DNA from: Heterodontus francisci | Taxonomy: Eukaryota | NCBI RefSeq assembly: GCF_036365525.1 | Contig: NC_090403.1 | Location: forward strand, 54,375,095 to 54,439,094 | Reading direction: 5' to 3' | Length of the DNA stretch: 64,000 bases | Shown here: positions 23,824 to 37,200 of the stretch, in pieces | Layout: the number at the start of each line of letters is the position of its first letter | Numbering within the stretch: the first letter of the stretch is position 1 | Program-made: the position numbers and the translations under genes | Notes under the pieces: generated by a model | What the model saw: the letters and a program-made list of their open reading frames with translations, nothing else | The model's database searches: none | What the model was told of the DNA's origin: nothing

Positions 23824-26800
23824 ATTGTCATCGCAAACTTTTGGATTTTAGTTAAAAGAGGAATCTCTGGTATTTTGTTACCCGAAGGAATGATTTCTGT
23901 GACAAAACGTTTTGTATATTACGAAGATGTAGAAGATGGTGCCACTAACAGTGCCCAGCGCGGATTGTTATTGCAGATTAACTGAAGTATACATCTGTCT
24001 AATTGCCCTTCTTTCCCATATGTGGATAAATTCTAAAATAACAATTTTTGTGTATGAATAGCATGGCAACGTTTTAAATAATTCAAATTGTGTATATTTC
24101 TTTGGCGGTAAATGTATAATTTTGGAATTATATTGTGATTACAAACGTGACTAGTTGGATGCAATTTTCTATTCTTTAGATTTAACTGCGCAGATAGATA
24201 TATTAATTCATTATACGTATAATGAATGCAAAGATATGTAGGCTAAAAGCACAGTTTCGAGTCCGCGAGTAATATCTGCACAGTCTGTATCCATTAAAAA
24301 GTTACTTCAGGTTTTAAAAACAGAGAAATGGAAAATGCACCGAACAAGGATGAAAGTGAGCAGATAAAAACACGATTATTTCTGTAGCACATTAATTTTG
24401 TTTCTTGAAGCAATTTTTTGTACACTTGGATTATAATCTAAGGGAAACAAATATCCTACACTCACGGATCAGAGCTTTTCATTCGTCCAATGTCAAGTTA
24501 TCAAGGCTGGTAGTCTTTCAGTGATGGTATGATATTGTTTTGCTATAAGGCAGTTTATCCAGCCACAAATGATAATGTAAATATTACTCGATCATTGATA
24601 GTGGTTGCTCAGTCTATCACAACAGTACTTTATATTAAATAAGAGGCCGGATCAATATTACTGCAGTTAGACACATCTGACCGTATCTCAGAAGATTTTT
24701 AACTGGAGGCATCCAATTGCAGAAAGACATAAGACAAGCTTTAGTATCGCCCTCACGGTTTTATTGTTTAGATGGTTTATATATGAAAGTATAACTTCAG
24801 CAGATTTGCGCAGATGTTCTTTAAGTCGTTCACTTTCACTGTCAGTTTGAAACCTGTAAATTAAGTATCGGCTACCGTTTAAAACACATGCAGAGATGCA
24901 TATACAGCGGTCACTGAGCCCGCCGAGTGATTTGTAGAATATAACTCATCAAAGGAAAAAGGAAAACCGTGATATTACATGTTAACAATAATTGGATGTC
25001 AAGAGAGCGTTCCAATCGTTGACTGTAGCTGATTACCGATCTTTTTAACCACGTGCAGTAAACTATTTATTCCAAAGGTGTTAGATTTGTTTTCCTGCTA
25101 TCTGCATATTTCCAATGGATTATGGGGGTAATGCAACAAATAAACTCGCTACTGTTAAAGATGTTGGAGCGTTTATGACTGCATTGGAACTGCTAAAGTT
25201 GATCGAATTGCACAATGTGCTGTGGAGACAAGAGAAAGGGGCCTCATTTCTTCTATAGTTAGGCCTAAGCTAAACCTCTTTCTTTAGACCTAAATGTGGT
25301 GTTCCCACCCAAAGGGCCTGCAGCGACCCCGAAAGACAGGACTTTTCCCATTCATAATGCCAGTTTGCTGTTGTTTAGAGGCAATCTCTATTTTTGGTTG
25401 GCAGAGATCCAAATATACGTTCTTAAAAAAGACTTTTAAAAATATAATATATAAATTTGGAGTTAATAAGAAAAGCCCAATAATTTGCCCCAATAAAACA
25501 TATAAACGTATCATTGTAACAGTTAATAAGCAAAGATACTACAAATATAGCAATATAATCGTTTATACTTTCATATATTATCTTGTTAAAATGCAGTTCC
25601 CATTCGTTGTGCATCTGTTCTCTCATATAGATACTATCACCTTTAACATTTCTCTTAATTCACCCCATAATACAGAAAACTGCATTGTTACTATCCGTTT
25701 GAGAGTGCATATTTTACTTTTGACAGTGAAACTGTATGGTATTAAGCAATCTGTTTAAACTACGGTTTGTACATCTAATACGCGTTTTAGTTGTAAAGGG
25801 AGGACATCACAAAAAGCCAGTGGATATCCAGAATTTCAGTTCCAATGGAATAGAGTCATGACTGTACTAGTGTTAGATTATCGCTTTAAATACTGAGCTA
25901 AAAGACAGGCGAGTGACTCTGAACTGTCTTTTAACATTTGCACAGTAATACACTGGCAGAGTGACCGTTTTCAGCTTAATGAGATACACATAACTAGGAG
26001 CAGATACCTCGGCATACTTCGAGTAAATAAATGAAAACAATGTATTTGACCAATGAGATAATGAATGTTAATGTCCTTAATGTTCGCACACTTGAAGTAC
26101 TTCAGAAAATAAATGTTTGTTGCATTTTGAAAATCTTTTATACAGTAAAAATAAATATAAATAAATAGATTTTTAAAGGAATATATCGAATCAGTATAAC
26201 TCAAAATTTTACACATTAAGTACAGACTATTATAGCAATACCTATTTATAAATATGTCAGCGTCTTTTAACTTTGTTCTCTCGGCTTCAATCACTGGCTG
26301 TAGAAGCAATGAACCGTCTCTTTGATAATATATACAACAATCAGCAACATATTTAGATGTGAAAGTCTTGCAGGCCCTTGTACTGCACAAGTCTCGCCTT
26401 GAAGCAATCTTCCCTTTTTCACTACTTAGTCTGAATAATATTCACGTTAAACTGAAACCCATCTCTTAGAATATTACCGATTTTAAAAACAAGTTTTAAA
26501 GTTCACAATCTTGAAGTGTAGAATAGAATAGTCAAACTAATTTTAATCTCATTTACCCCTAAACTTTTGAAATAATCGTGGAAGCAAAATAAACTTTTTG
26601 AACGACGGTGCAGGCTAGAGAATACGGAAGTTGTTTATAATTCAATGCAATGTTAGTCAAGACAAGTCGAATCAAAATACGAAACAGATTCGTACATATT
26701 GTGAAATATATATGGCATGATGCTAACAATCAATTTAAGCACATAGGTGAACCTTTACTTTCTCATATGTTCTCATATTTGGATATTCTCACTTGTGTTC

Positions 26801-28454
26801 ACATGATTGTGGTTTATAGCTTAGCCAGTTTCTTGCAAGTATTTAAGAAAATATTTTTTAAACGGGAGGATTCTTTTGGAGATTCGGGATATAGCGAAGT
26901 TCCCATCATCACATTAACGAATACACAGATGTTAATCTCAGCCTATGATTTGCTCAATTCCTAGAAATTCACTTGTGATATCTTAATGTAGAGCACTATT
27001 GCAAACTACCAGCCCGCCTGACAGTCCTTTGCTTGTCAGCCTAACAGCGACAAAATTAAGACTGTGCTGTTAATCAAATCATTCCTCAGTCCAAAGAAAT
27101 GAACATCTATTTATATTTGAAATAATTTCTTCCTGAATTGAAAAACGCGGTTTACTTAATTAATTTTATAAAATCAAAGATTGACATGAAATATAATTTA
27201 GAAGTTCGTATAAACAATTCACCACTTGTTGTAATCTTTCTTATGGCCTCCGCTATTTCTCTGCTGTTTGACTAATATCCAAGGCTCTTAAAACCTTAGG
27301 TTTTTGTATCAGCTGAATGACATCAAATCAAGTTTTCTCATTCAACCTTCTAAATTAATTTGTTGCAAAGTTAAATATTGTTAGTTTCCATTAATGAGTT
27401 ACATTAAGAAATTGGTTTGGTAAGTTGGATAGCCGAACAGTTTCCTACCTACATAAATCCTTCACTACCCAGTGAATATTGTTGGTATTTGCACATTTCA
27501 CTAGTCACTTCCATTCACAATTTCCCCCTAGCTTCACGAAACAAATATCTTTCTTGGCACTTATTCTCATGGAAAGGGCGTTTCCTTGAACAAATGGAAA
27601 AGATAACAAGGGAAGACGTGGTTTTAAATTAACAACTTATAACATGTAACAATTTGTGCATAATTTTAAAACATTAGAATTATTCACTCGGTCTCTGTAG
27701 TCCAATATAGTTTAAGTATTGACTTTCCGTTCTCCTTTGTTGTAAAGTAGTCTTGTGAGTAATTTAAAGTCACACAGCCTAATAATGCTGAATAATATGT
27801 AGCCGTGTCTTTAATGCAACTGTGAGCTTTAAAAGATCACAATGGGAACAAAAAGACTTTCTTGGTTGGAAATGCAGGAACTGGGCTGAGAAACTACCTT
27901 AAATCCAATTGGTTCTAGTCTTCCTCAATTGCGCACTTTTGTCCAAATTAAAATTTGAAAGAAAAGTAACGGATTGGCTTGTCACTGTTTGTGATGTGCA
28001 TTTTCACCACAATTTCTGCTGTATAAGGTTTAAAGTTGTTACTCACAGAACGCACGCATATTTCATTCACTGGCACCAGAACCTCGGGCTCATATTATCA
28101 ACTCAAATCTGGGTGTTCCAAACCGCCAAACTCGCCAGTTTTTGCACCCATCAAACACAAATATTACAAGAATTATCTGTTACGATGATTGCATTTAACA
28201 CTTCTTATGTTATTGGTTTAAGATAATAGCAGTAATAATAAGACTGACGATTATGAGACCTGGTGTGAGAATTTGTCACATGAGATAAGATTAATTAGCA
28301 AGCAAAATAGTTCCTTAAAAGATTGTCTTTTAAAGTTAATCACCTTTTTCATTGTTAGGGATAGTCGAACAATATCGATATATGTGTGGTATTGTTCGTT
28401 GTTTAAAACCCATTTCACCTCTAAACGTATTTAATACGGCGGCGATGTTAATTG

Positions 28455-28644
28455 TTTAACCCCCATTGCGGATTGATTTACGTTTTATTGTCGCTTTGTC
28501 GGCCTCATGAAAACTTTAACCAATCGTTTCGCAGATAGCCCACAACATATTAGCTAACTCTACTTTGTTAGTTGAGAAGTTGGGAGAACAATTTCTAGTC
28601 TTACATATAATTTCCCAATGAATCGAAGTGTATGATGTTTGACA
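28455..28644 (+). promoter_or_regulatory. HoxB9 proximal promoter/5'UTR
   Basis: PBX-HOX type TGATTTACG (28474-28482), adjacent TTTTATTG (Cdx) and CCAAT (~28520). Confidence 0.5.
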
Positions 28645-29161
28645 ATGTCGATCTCTGGTGCTATTAGTAACTATTTTGTCGATTCACTTATAAGTCATGA
28701 AAGTGAGGGGTCGCCTGCAACGAAGTTTGCTTCGGGGCAATATATAGTCTCCAGACAGCCGGGGGTTCCCGAGCACCCCGAATTTCCTGCTTGCAATTTT
28801 CAGCCGAAGTCTCCCGTGTTCGGCACTTCTTGGGCCCCCGTGTACGCTCAACCCTCTGCCAATGTCTCCACATTGTACCATCCATACGTCCAGTCTCACC
28901 CCATTCAGCCTGATAGCAGGTACTTGCGATCCTGGTTGGACCCGACCCCCAGGGCCGTGTCCGCGCCCGGGATACCTTCCAGCGGTCACGACTCATTGAA
29001 AACAGAGGTACTCGCGGGTCACGGCGGCGAAACCTTACCAGCGGCGCTCCAAAAATTACATGGGGAATATTTGGAGAGCGAAACCATTAGCTCCGGAAAA
29101 GCGCCGTGCTATGAAGACAGTATATGTGAAGAGAAGGGAAACAAAGAGACATCAGAACAAA
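28645..29161 (+). CDS. HOXB9: Homeobox protein Hox-B9, exon 1
   Basis: MSISGAISNYFVDSLISHESE...FQPKSPVFGTSW...YHPYVQ...SRYLRSWL is the HoxB9-type N-terminus. Phase-1 donor CAAA|GTAAGT. Confidence 0.95.
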
Positions 29162-29827
29162 GTAAGTTGTTCGGGAAATGTACTTGATTTATCTCAGAAT
29201 GAAAATAGTTTACGAACCCTCACGCAAAAACGCGACTGAAATAAGGTTCTAATTAAAAGGCAGTTTGCTTCAGTTTAGCCACAAGTATTTAACTGATTTT
29301 ATATTGCTTGTTACTTTATACGCCTCCGTTCTGTTTTATGGGTTACACAAGTAACCACCTGCAAACCTTTAATGATGGTTTTGCCAGTCTATCTTCTACG
29401 AGGCAATAAATAAATTAATGAATAAATAAAACGTTTTCCCTTGTTATTTTCCGTTTGAACCAATCTCCTGAGGAACCGTGAGCAAAAAAATGTGCGGCAC
29501 ACCATCTTAATGTGAAGCCGCGGAGAAGCGAGAGAGAGAGCAATTTCTGCAGTGCTGCCGGGACTGAGTTTGCTTCTCAATTGCAAACGTGGTAATAAGC
29601 AAAAAGATTAAATTTAAACCGTCTGAGGGCACCCAAAGGCTTCCCGTTTAGTAATACTGAGGAAAAAAGCGCTTAGGAATATGACCACAACAAACATCTC
29701 AATTCTTAGCTCCATATATTTTGGTAGAATCCCCCATAAGCATTGCAAATTTAGAAGTGCATTGAGAAAATATGACCACATTATAATTCTCATTCTGATC
29801 TCATTTTTTTTCTTCACTCATTTTCAG

Positions 29828-30069
29828 GCAATCCTTCTGCAAATTGGTTACACGCCCGCTCGACAAGGAAGAAGAGATGCCCTTACAGCAAGTATCAGAC
29901 CCTGGAGTTGGAAAAGGAGTTTCTGTTCAATATGTACCTCACCAGAGATCGGAGGCACGAAGTAGCGCGTCTTCTCAACCTGACTGAAAGACAAGTCAAA
30001 ATCTGGTTTCAGAACAGGAGGATGAAGATGAAAAGACTCAGTAAGGAGCACGTAAAAGAATTCGAGTGA
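29828..30069 (+). CDS. HOXB9: Homeobox protein Hox-B9, exon 2 (homeodomain; not shown in the ORF track)
   Basis: Acceptor TTTTCAG|. Encodes [79 protein letters not shown]. Spliced protein is 252 aa. Confidence 0.96.
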
Positions 30070-33000
30070 CTAGCTGTTGAGTTTAAACTTTAGCGCGTAG
30101 TCGGTTTCTGCTGTCACTGCAATATATCCTTAAAACACTGTAGTTCTGAGAAAACCAACATCCTTCCACAGCAAAGAATGACCAGAATGTAAGGTTTAAA
30201 CATCCAGCAATTCGGCTATTTATTTCGAACATTTTAGTGCATTCATTCAGGGAATAGAGTCACGTGTAGAGTATTTTATTGCAGGATATTAAGAGATACA
30301 ACTTCCTCTCATTCTCATCCACTATAACAGCCAGAGAGAGCAGCGAGCTTTTATTCCAGCTACCTTTTCTCTCTTTATGGCTTAAAAAGAAACTTCGTGT
30401 TATTTATAAATCACTACAATTTCTGTGAATGCTTTGGTGATGGCCTTTGACGCAGGACCCGGATGTCCGCGCTCCAAAGCAACGCTTTACAAAAATGATC
30501 TTTTTAACCTGTGATTAAATCTATATGTTTAATCTTTGTTGTTTGCAATGATCGAACACGACTTGTTTTCAATTGTTTACATGCAAAAGCGGATGTTTAG
30601 AATCCATTTCAAAGACGCATCACATTGCGGTTGATTTAAGGGCTGCTTTCCGATCCTTGTATCGCTTTGATTTAAGAATTTGCTTGTTTCAATGGAATTG
30701 TGACTATTATTTAAACCGATTGTTAATCTACCTTACGATCTCTGTTTCTGTAGCCCTTAATCTCTGTGTTTGAGTGAGTGTGGGTCTGCTGTTTTTGTTT
30801 TAATGTGCAGCACGATACTCCGAAAGGCTTAAATTGGTACTTTTTACCTTTGTTAAGAGTTTGTACAACTATGAGTAACTATTACCACGTGGCTCGTTTT
30901 TTTTACGATGGTCTAATATTGTAGTAAGCACATTGAACTGTGGTCCAAGCGAAAATTTAACCATCTGTCGTATAGAATTTCATGACATTTTAGAAATAAA
31001 ATACTGTTTAGGAATAATTTGGCTCAGGAACTCGAATTACCGACCAGGCTGCACAAAAGGAGGATGACAACATGGATCAGCTCAAAGGGATAAATTTTAG
31101 ACCAATAACATTCCTGATGACAACTTGTATATTTCTCATTGTCTCTGTTCGCTGTGGAGCTGGTGTTTATATTCTTGTGTTTTGCAGGTTTGTGCTGATT
31201 TTACATTTGTGAACGAACCAACTATTTTACACAAAAGCTCCCCAATTCTAGGTGACCTTTCCTTGTAGCATTTTTTTAAAAATCTGGAGCTATCCGACGT
31301 CAACAGCGCGCGGTTGCACTATTTAATGTGATTTATTACTAATAATAATAATAAATTAAACCCACTGAATGGTGTAAAATATTTTGAACTCACCGCTCTC
31401 TGTACACCTAATACCATAATCAGTAGATGGGAACATGCGAATGTATTGAAAACGGCTGCAAAATAAAATGCTGCTGAAAGTTTGGAAACGGATTTTTCCG
31501 TGACCTTGCGTCTGCTGTTTAAAGTCTTGCCTCATTCGTGGTTGTGCATGTGAATCCCTCTCTATGCCTGATGCCTGAGAACCAAACCCATTGAAACAAA
31601 GGGAGAAAAAGCTGTATTTATTAAATAAGCTGGATGTGCAATTACACAGATTCAAAAGACATATTTAGAAAAATTAATATAAAGGCGATTCCTAAAATCT
31701 CAGCAAATCCTAAGCATTTATCTGGTAAACCGCAAGGCAATTATTGGGGATGAAGCCAGTGGTTGTAATGGACAAATGGACAAAGGGTAATTCAGTATTT
31801 TTATCCTGCTTTTCCGATAAATCCTCTAAGAGTGGACACAATGCAGGGTCGTCAATAGAACAGCAGAGAGAAAGGATTGCATGAAACTGCGGGGAAGAAG
31901 CATAAAACTAGGTAAAGTGTCCCTGTAAATAATGCGAACTCAGAATTCCTCCGTCTAATGAAGGAATCTTAACCAGGGTGTCTCGCCGAATGAGACATAT
32001 TCTCAAGTCGTTGGTAGGGATGTAAGATGCAGAAACTCGGGCTGCATTGGGGATGTCCAGTAAGCTGTTTACCTATTTTCCATGTATTTATCATTACCAG
32101 ATCTGTAATATCCGCTATTTTATTTTATTTTGACCCATTAATTAACTCCGCATAAACAAGTTATAAACAAATTTCCTAACCGCATTTATCTGCTGGTTGC
32201 TTTGCATATTTTATTGTCCAATACATATAAAGTGTGTGAGCTCATTACTGCTTGTTTTGCACACACTGACCCTTAAGCATCACTGTTATTGGAATAATAT
32301 AAATTGCATTGAGAATTCAAACGTAGAATCTTCATGTATTTATACAAGAAGGAGATTACGTGTTCTAAAAGAATTTACGTAAACTATTAAGAAGAAAAAA
32401 ATAACCTGCTATCCATATTCTGCGAGCTTACTTGCATTGTTCACGATTATAAACAATATACTAATTAATATTCCTCCAGTCGATCTATTTATGCTGAATT
32501 TTCAAACTAATGAGACATAAGTCAGCACTCTTACTCTCTTTGGAAGGTTTAAGTCACCTCCCCTTTTCAGCAGATAAAGAGAATTTATATTTAAAATCGT
32601 GTTATTCGGTATATGTATAATCTATCTATCTATCTATCATGTATACATGTGTCTCTATACATCTATAGATATGTTACACACACAGACATAATTGATGAGA
32701 ATTTTAAGATGACTAAAACAAATGAATGCAGAAACCTATCAACCTATCTGCTATACATTACATCCATACATATTGCAAAAAGGGGTTGATAACCAACAGT
32801 TGAAAACGAAGTGAAATATTACACAATCAATTTGAAAATGTGCCATGAGGAATCTGCCCATAAGCAACTAATGGGGACATTTTAATGAAATGTCTTTAAC
32901 TTAAAGGCAGTCATATTGTAAACAAAAAAAAATCCTATATGTAGATCTCTGATAGCAGGATACATATTTCACCATCCTGGAAAGAGTGGTTGATCAATTT

Positions 33001-33439
33001 CATCGAATGTTCAGCGTAGATGATATTTCTGTTTGATTATACTTGCAAAGCTTTCTTATTGTTGGCAACGTAACAAGGGATAATTAGATGGGAGGAAGGG
33101 GTGCTCGCCAATTTAAAAGCCTGTCCTTTAGGGTGGTGCAGTAGAAGGGCTGCTATGGATATCTCATGGCCATATTAAAAATAAATCTATGCTTAGATGT
33201 TTTAATGCCTCCATATTAAAGGAAATGGTTATGCGGCCGTTTAAAACAGCTTTCACTGGGCTAAAAAAAATAATTACAGCATCAGCATGTCGTATATTAG
33301 AACTAATATATTAGTTATTTTCATTTCAACATTTTTTTGCAAACACAAGAGGTACAAACGCATATAAGAAGAAAGCAGAAATTAGCCTTGCACAGTGGAG
33401 GAGGAGTTAGGAAGTTGTCTGTCATTATAGGAAATTCAG

Positions 33440-33790
33440 TGTGGTGTGCTGCAATAAAATAATATGACCGTTGTAAAAGTTTATAGGGTATAAATTTCTG
33501 AAGGTTAGGAATTGAACGTCTGTAAAACAAACATAGCAAAGGGAAAACTTTCAAAACCTATTAAATTAAACTCACAACTGGAGGTGCCAAGCAATAAAAA
33601 TATGGCTTTGTGCTTTATTTCTGAAGGGAAATATATAGGAACTGGATTTCTTTAAGGGAAAATCGCGGTGAATTTTTTGGTGTAACCAACATGCTTTTTA
33701 GACTCTAAAGCAAGCGACGCCCTCTTTTGTTCTACTTCCTAACCATTTCAGGCTGCCAGAAATTACTGCAATAAAAAGCTATACAGAGTC
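33440..33790. promoter_or_regulatory. Cdx-site cluster between HoxB9 and HoxB8 (candidate HoxB8 Cdx-responsive enhancer)
   Basis: GCAATAAAA at 33451, 33591 and 33768, plus the inverted pair TTTATA-GGG-TATAAA at 33480-33494. Confidence 0.6.
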
Positions 33791-34199
33791 TGGCGAGACG
33801 TCTGGAGCAGGGTCTTTGGATGTGTTTACAACCCCGCGCCCATGCCTGGGACTTTATTCTAAAGCAGAATGCCCAATTGTTTAGAGTCGGACTCGGAGAC
33901 AATAGAGTTCTGAAAGCTTTCTTTCCCTCCCTTTTTTTCTTTCTCTTCTTCCTCTTCTTTGCTGCCCTTCAGGAATTCGGGTTGTTCGCAATCCGCTACA
34001 GCACTACACTAGGATGTGGCTTATTGGTACTGTCTCCGATTGTATGTGTCGATGAACTGAAGAGCTTAAACTTTCTTCCTTTGTCGCGTTTTGGGCCTGA
34101 TGAATTCTTTATAGTCAGTTTTAATCGCGTTATTGAGCATATTTGTTAATGCTTTTAAACCCTGTGATTTTTTAAAGTCCAAAATACTTCGTCCTGATT

Positions 34200-34214
34200 C
34201 CAGTAGGTGGCAGC
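34200..34214 (+). promoter_or_regulatory. CTCF motif between HoxB9 and HoxB8
   Basis: CCAGTAGGTGGCAGC is a full match to the core consensus CCASYAGRKGGCRS. Confidence 0.7.
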
Positions 34215-37200
34215 ATTGTTCCACCAATCTCGGTCAAGGCGATTCAGCAGACGTTAGTCCAAGAATCTTGGATTCAGTAGATACGACGCGCATATAAAAA
34301 GCATACAGCACCCACTTCAATCCCCCCTGCCCTTCTTGCTGTTGCGCAATACTTTAAAAATAAAATATTAAAAAGTCCTACAAAGCTTTGCCCCAATCAA
34401 CTATCTTTCTCAATATTTGGTTGCAAAATGCCACTAATGTTATTATGAAATTTATCTTCATAATTGTATGTTCATCTGTTTTATGCAGTTTTATTATTTT
34501 CAAGCTGCTTTATAAACATGAGAAGACAGCAGAGAAAGTAATTTTGTCCATTTACGACAAGGTAGTCCACAGTAAGAGGCTAAAGTCAGTAAATAAAAGA
34601 AGACGGTTCCTTTATAGAACTGCACTTGGGAAGTATATAAAATGTTAAGCATTCGGACTTTTAAATATGCATTCGCACAACTAAACATTTAACAAGCTGT
34701 GTGTTTGATTTGCAGCTGGCTGTTTTAAAAGGATGCATGTATTGGGAAAATAAATTGTTATATTACTTAAGTTATGTAGAAAATGTTTGAAGTGCACATT
34801 TAAATTTCTGGATACTTAAGTTTCCGAATGAACTTTCAACCCCGTTACATTTCTCACATCTCAGTGCACATGCCTTTAAATTGAATCTGTCCCACACTCT
34901 TGTGCATGTATTGATTATTGTTTGTGAGACTGTCTTCCTTTCAACAAACCATACACCACACATTTTCAGTGTAATAGCCATCGGCACGGACATTTCCTCC
35001 AGACTTGTTCCCAGACCCTGCTGATTTATTATTTCTTAGACTTTATTGATTTCGTTTTTATTTGTTGCATGATTTTAAAACATGCACAGTTTGGGTAACC
35101 ACCCTTCTATCTGTCTCCGTATTTAAATCAAGCTGCAGTCCTGCTTCATGCATAACAGAAAGGATGTATGTAATAGTCCCATGCAATAGGATTTGCACAG
35201 ATCTGAACTGACTACAACCTTACGTAAAAGCAAAACTGGAATTTCGTCCAGATAAAGGCAAGACCATACCTCAATAGGAATATTCTTTCTCTGTCTCTGT
35301 CCCTGTTTCCTCTTCCATTTCAGTATTTCTCTATGCCTCATTTTCCTGCACTATCATGTATTTTTATGGAAAAATAGAATTTAACACATAGACGCCGAAT
35401 GTAAGCATTTTGGTGATACTTTATTTTTGGCTTTTTAAAGTCTTCACATGATTCTCCCAAGAATTAAAGACATATGATTAGGTATATATGAAATAAACAA
35501 GATTGCAGTTTTACAATTGGATTCCCGTTGTATTACGTGCGCATGTAAATGAATATTCTTCTGTGCCTGTACATCCCTCTATTTCCACCTATGTGTTTTA
35601 TATATAGTATATTAGTAGGAACATAACAAGCATGTGATTTTAGATTTCAAGCGTGACATCTTTGGTAATGTTTTCACTTTTGTACAAGACGCCGACTTTC
35701 CATTAATTTCAGATTAAACTCCAGTGTGATTCTATGCATCTGCTTAATGTATCAATAATGTCTCAGCTGATTAAGCAAGCAAAAGATACGCAGATGCACA
35801 AATATATGCATGATACTTGTGTTACTCCATTCTCTTTAACAGTCAACAGTTACACATGAATGGAAAATGAAATTAAAGGGCCAATACTAACACCTACAGT
35901 ATTCAATCTCGCTGTGATGCTGCATATTTATCAGAAAAATGAAGTTGTGCCTAAGTGCAGGGAATCTGCTTCGATAGTAAGCATATAACGTCCTCGGAAA
36001 TATATGGTAACCCATCTGTAGGCAGACTGGATGGAAGTAGGTTTATTTTTTGAATAGAATTGCAAGTAACTCCCACTAGAATTTGCATGTGTAATTGTGT
36101 CGATAGGCACCTAGAACATCATATTACGCACACGTGTGTATATATCTCTGCATATGTGCAGCGAGAGAGAGATTTATAGATGAAGATTTTCAACTGAAAT
36201 TCACAATACTTGAATGCATTTATAGCTAAATTTAGGAAATAAATATGAACACTTTCTAACAAAATGGAACTGCATCCATAAAATGAATCGCGTTGCTCGT
36301 AAGGAGATTAAACGCATTTAAAACACAAGGAAACACGAAGAACAATTTTAAATAAACAGTCCAGAGCCATCTAAAGCACGTCACCGCCGCAATTCCTAAT
36401 AAAACAGCAATCACGTGGGCCCACGCCGGGGAGACAGTCGGCAAGTTGCAGATTTTATTCATTGTTGTCGTCAGATTTTTTTTTTCAAAAACCTCAAAAA
36501 CGCATCAGATAATTAATCAGTTAAAATAACAAGGAACTAGCTGATCATGTTTTAACAACAGATTTTTGTGCTAACGTTGCGGTATTACCAAGTATCTCGT
36601 TGGTCTAAGTTGCATTTATTTTTACATTTTTAAACGTCTTTTTATCACTTAAAATCGTAGCATCTGTTCCGTTATATTTAAAGTTATTTCCGCTAAATTA
36701 GAGCCAAATTTAAACAGAATTTAAGCGGTTATAGATCTTGAAAGTAAGCACCATTAGTACAAACGGAAGTAAAAGTTAATATAGCAATCGAAAAGTTGTC
36801 CTTTAATCTTGAGAAAAAAGAAAATAATATTAAATTATTTTAATTTGAGTCAGAGAAACCCCAGGTACGGGTAGTCAAACTTTCCAAGAGGAATCTTTCA
36901 ATTAATTATTAAACTAGTGGGCTTCATTCAGTCCTATTTCTGATACAGTTACTTTCAGAAGGCTAATGCCACTTACACAGAAAGCAAATCAATTAAAAGT
37001 ATGGGCGTTCGTTGAATCGAATCAGTTTTGAAAATTGCTGAGGTATTTCACACATCACCTTTTAAAGTGCATTCGATCGTATTTTGATCGCTATTATCTT
37101 ATTCGGATTTACTTGATCAGTTGACCATATTTCACAGGCCTCACGAGCAGCAAGTTAATAAAATGTTCTTATCAGTTTTTTTCATTATTTTGTTGCCTCT

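Noticed and set aside
10795-23945. Weaker CTCF-like strings (~10796, ~15621, ~20719, ~23422, ~23715, ~23930)
   Set aside because: Each has two or more core mismatches and no upstream module, so they cannot be called without a matrix scan or ChIP.
25290-26964. ORFs of 104-154 aa in AT-rich intergenic DNA (also 47211-47711)
   Set aside because: Composition rich in I/F/K/Y/N is typical of random AT-rich frames, with no recognisable domain.
28639-28644. TTG start for HoxB9 given by the ORF track
   Set aside because: This is an artefact of alternative start codons; the conserved start is the ATG at 28645.
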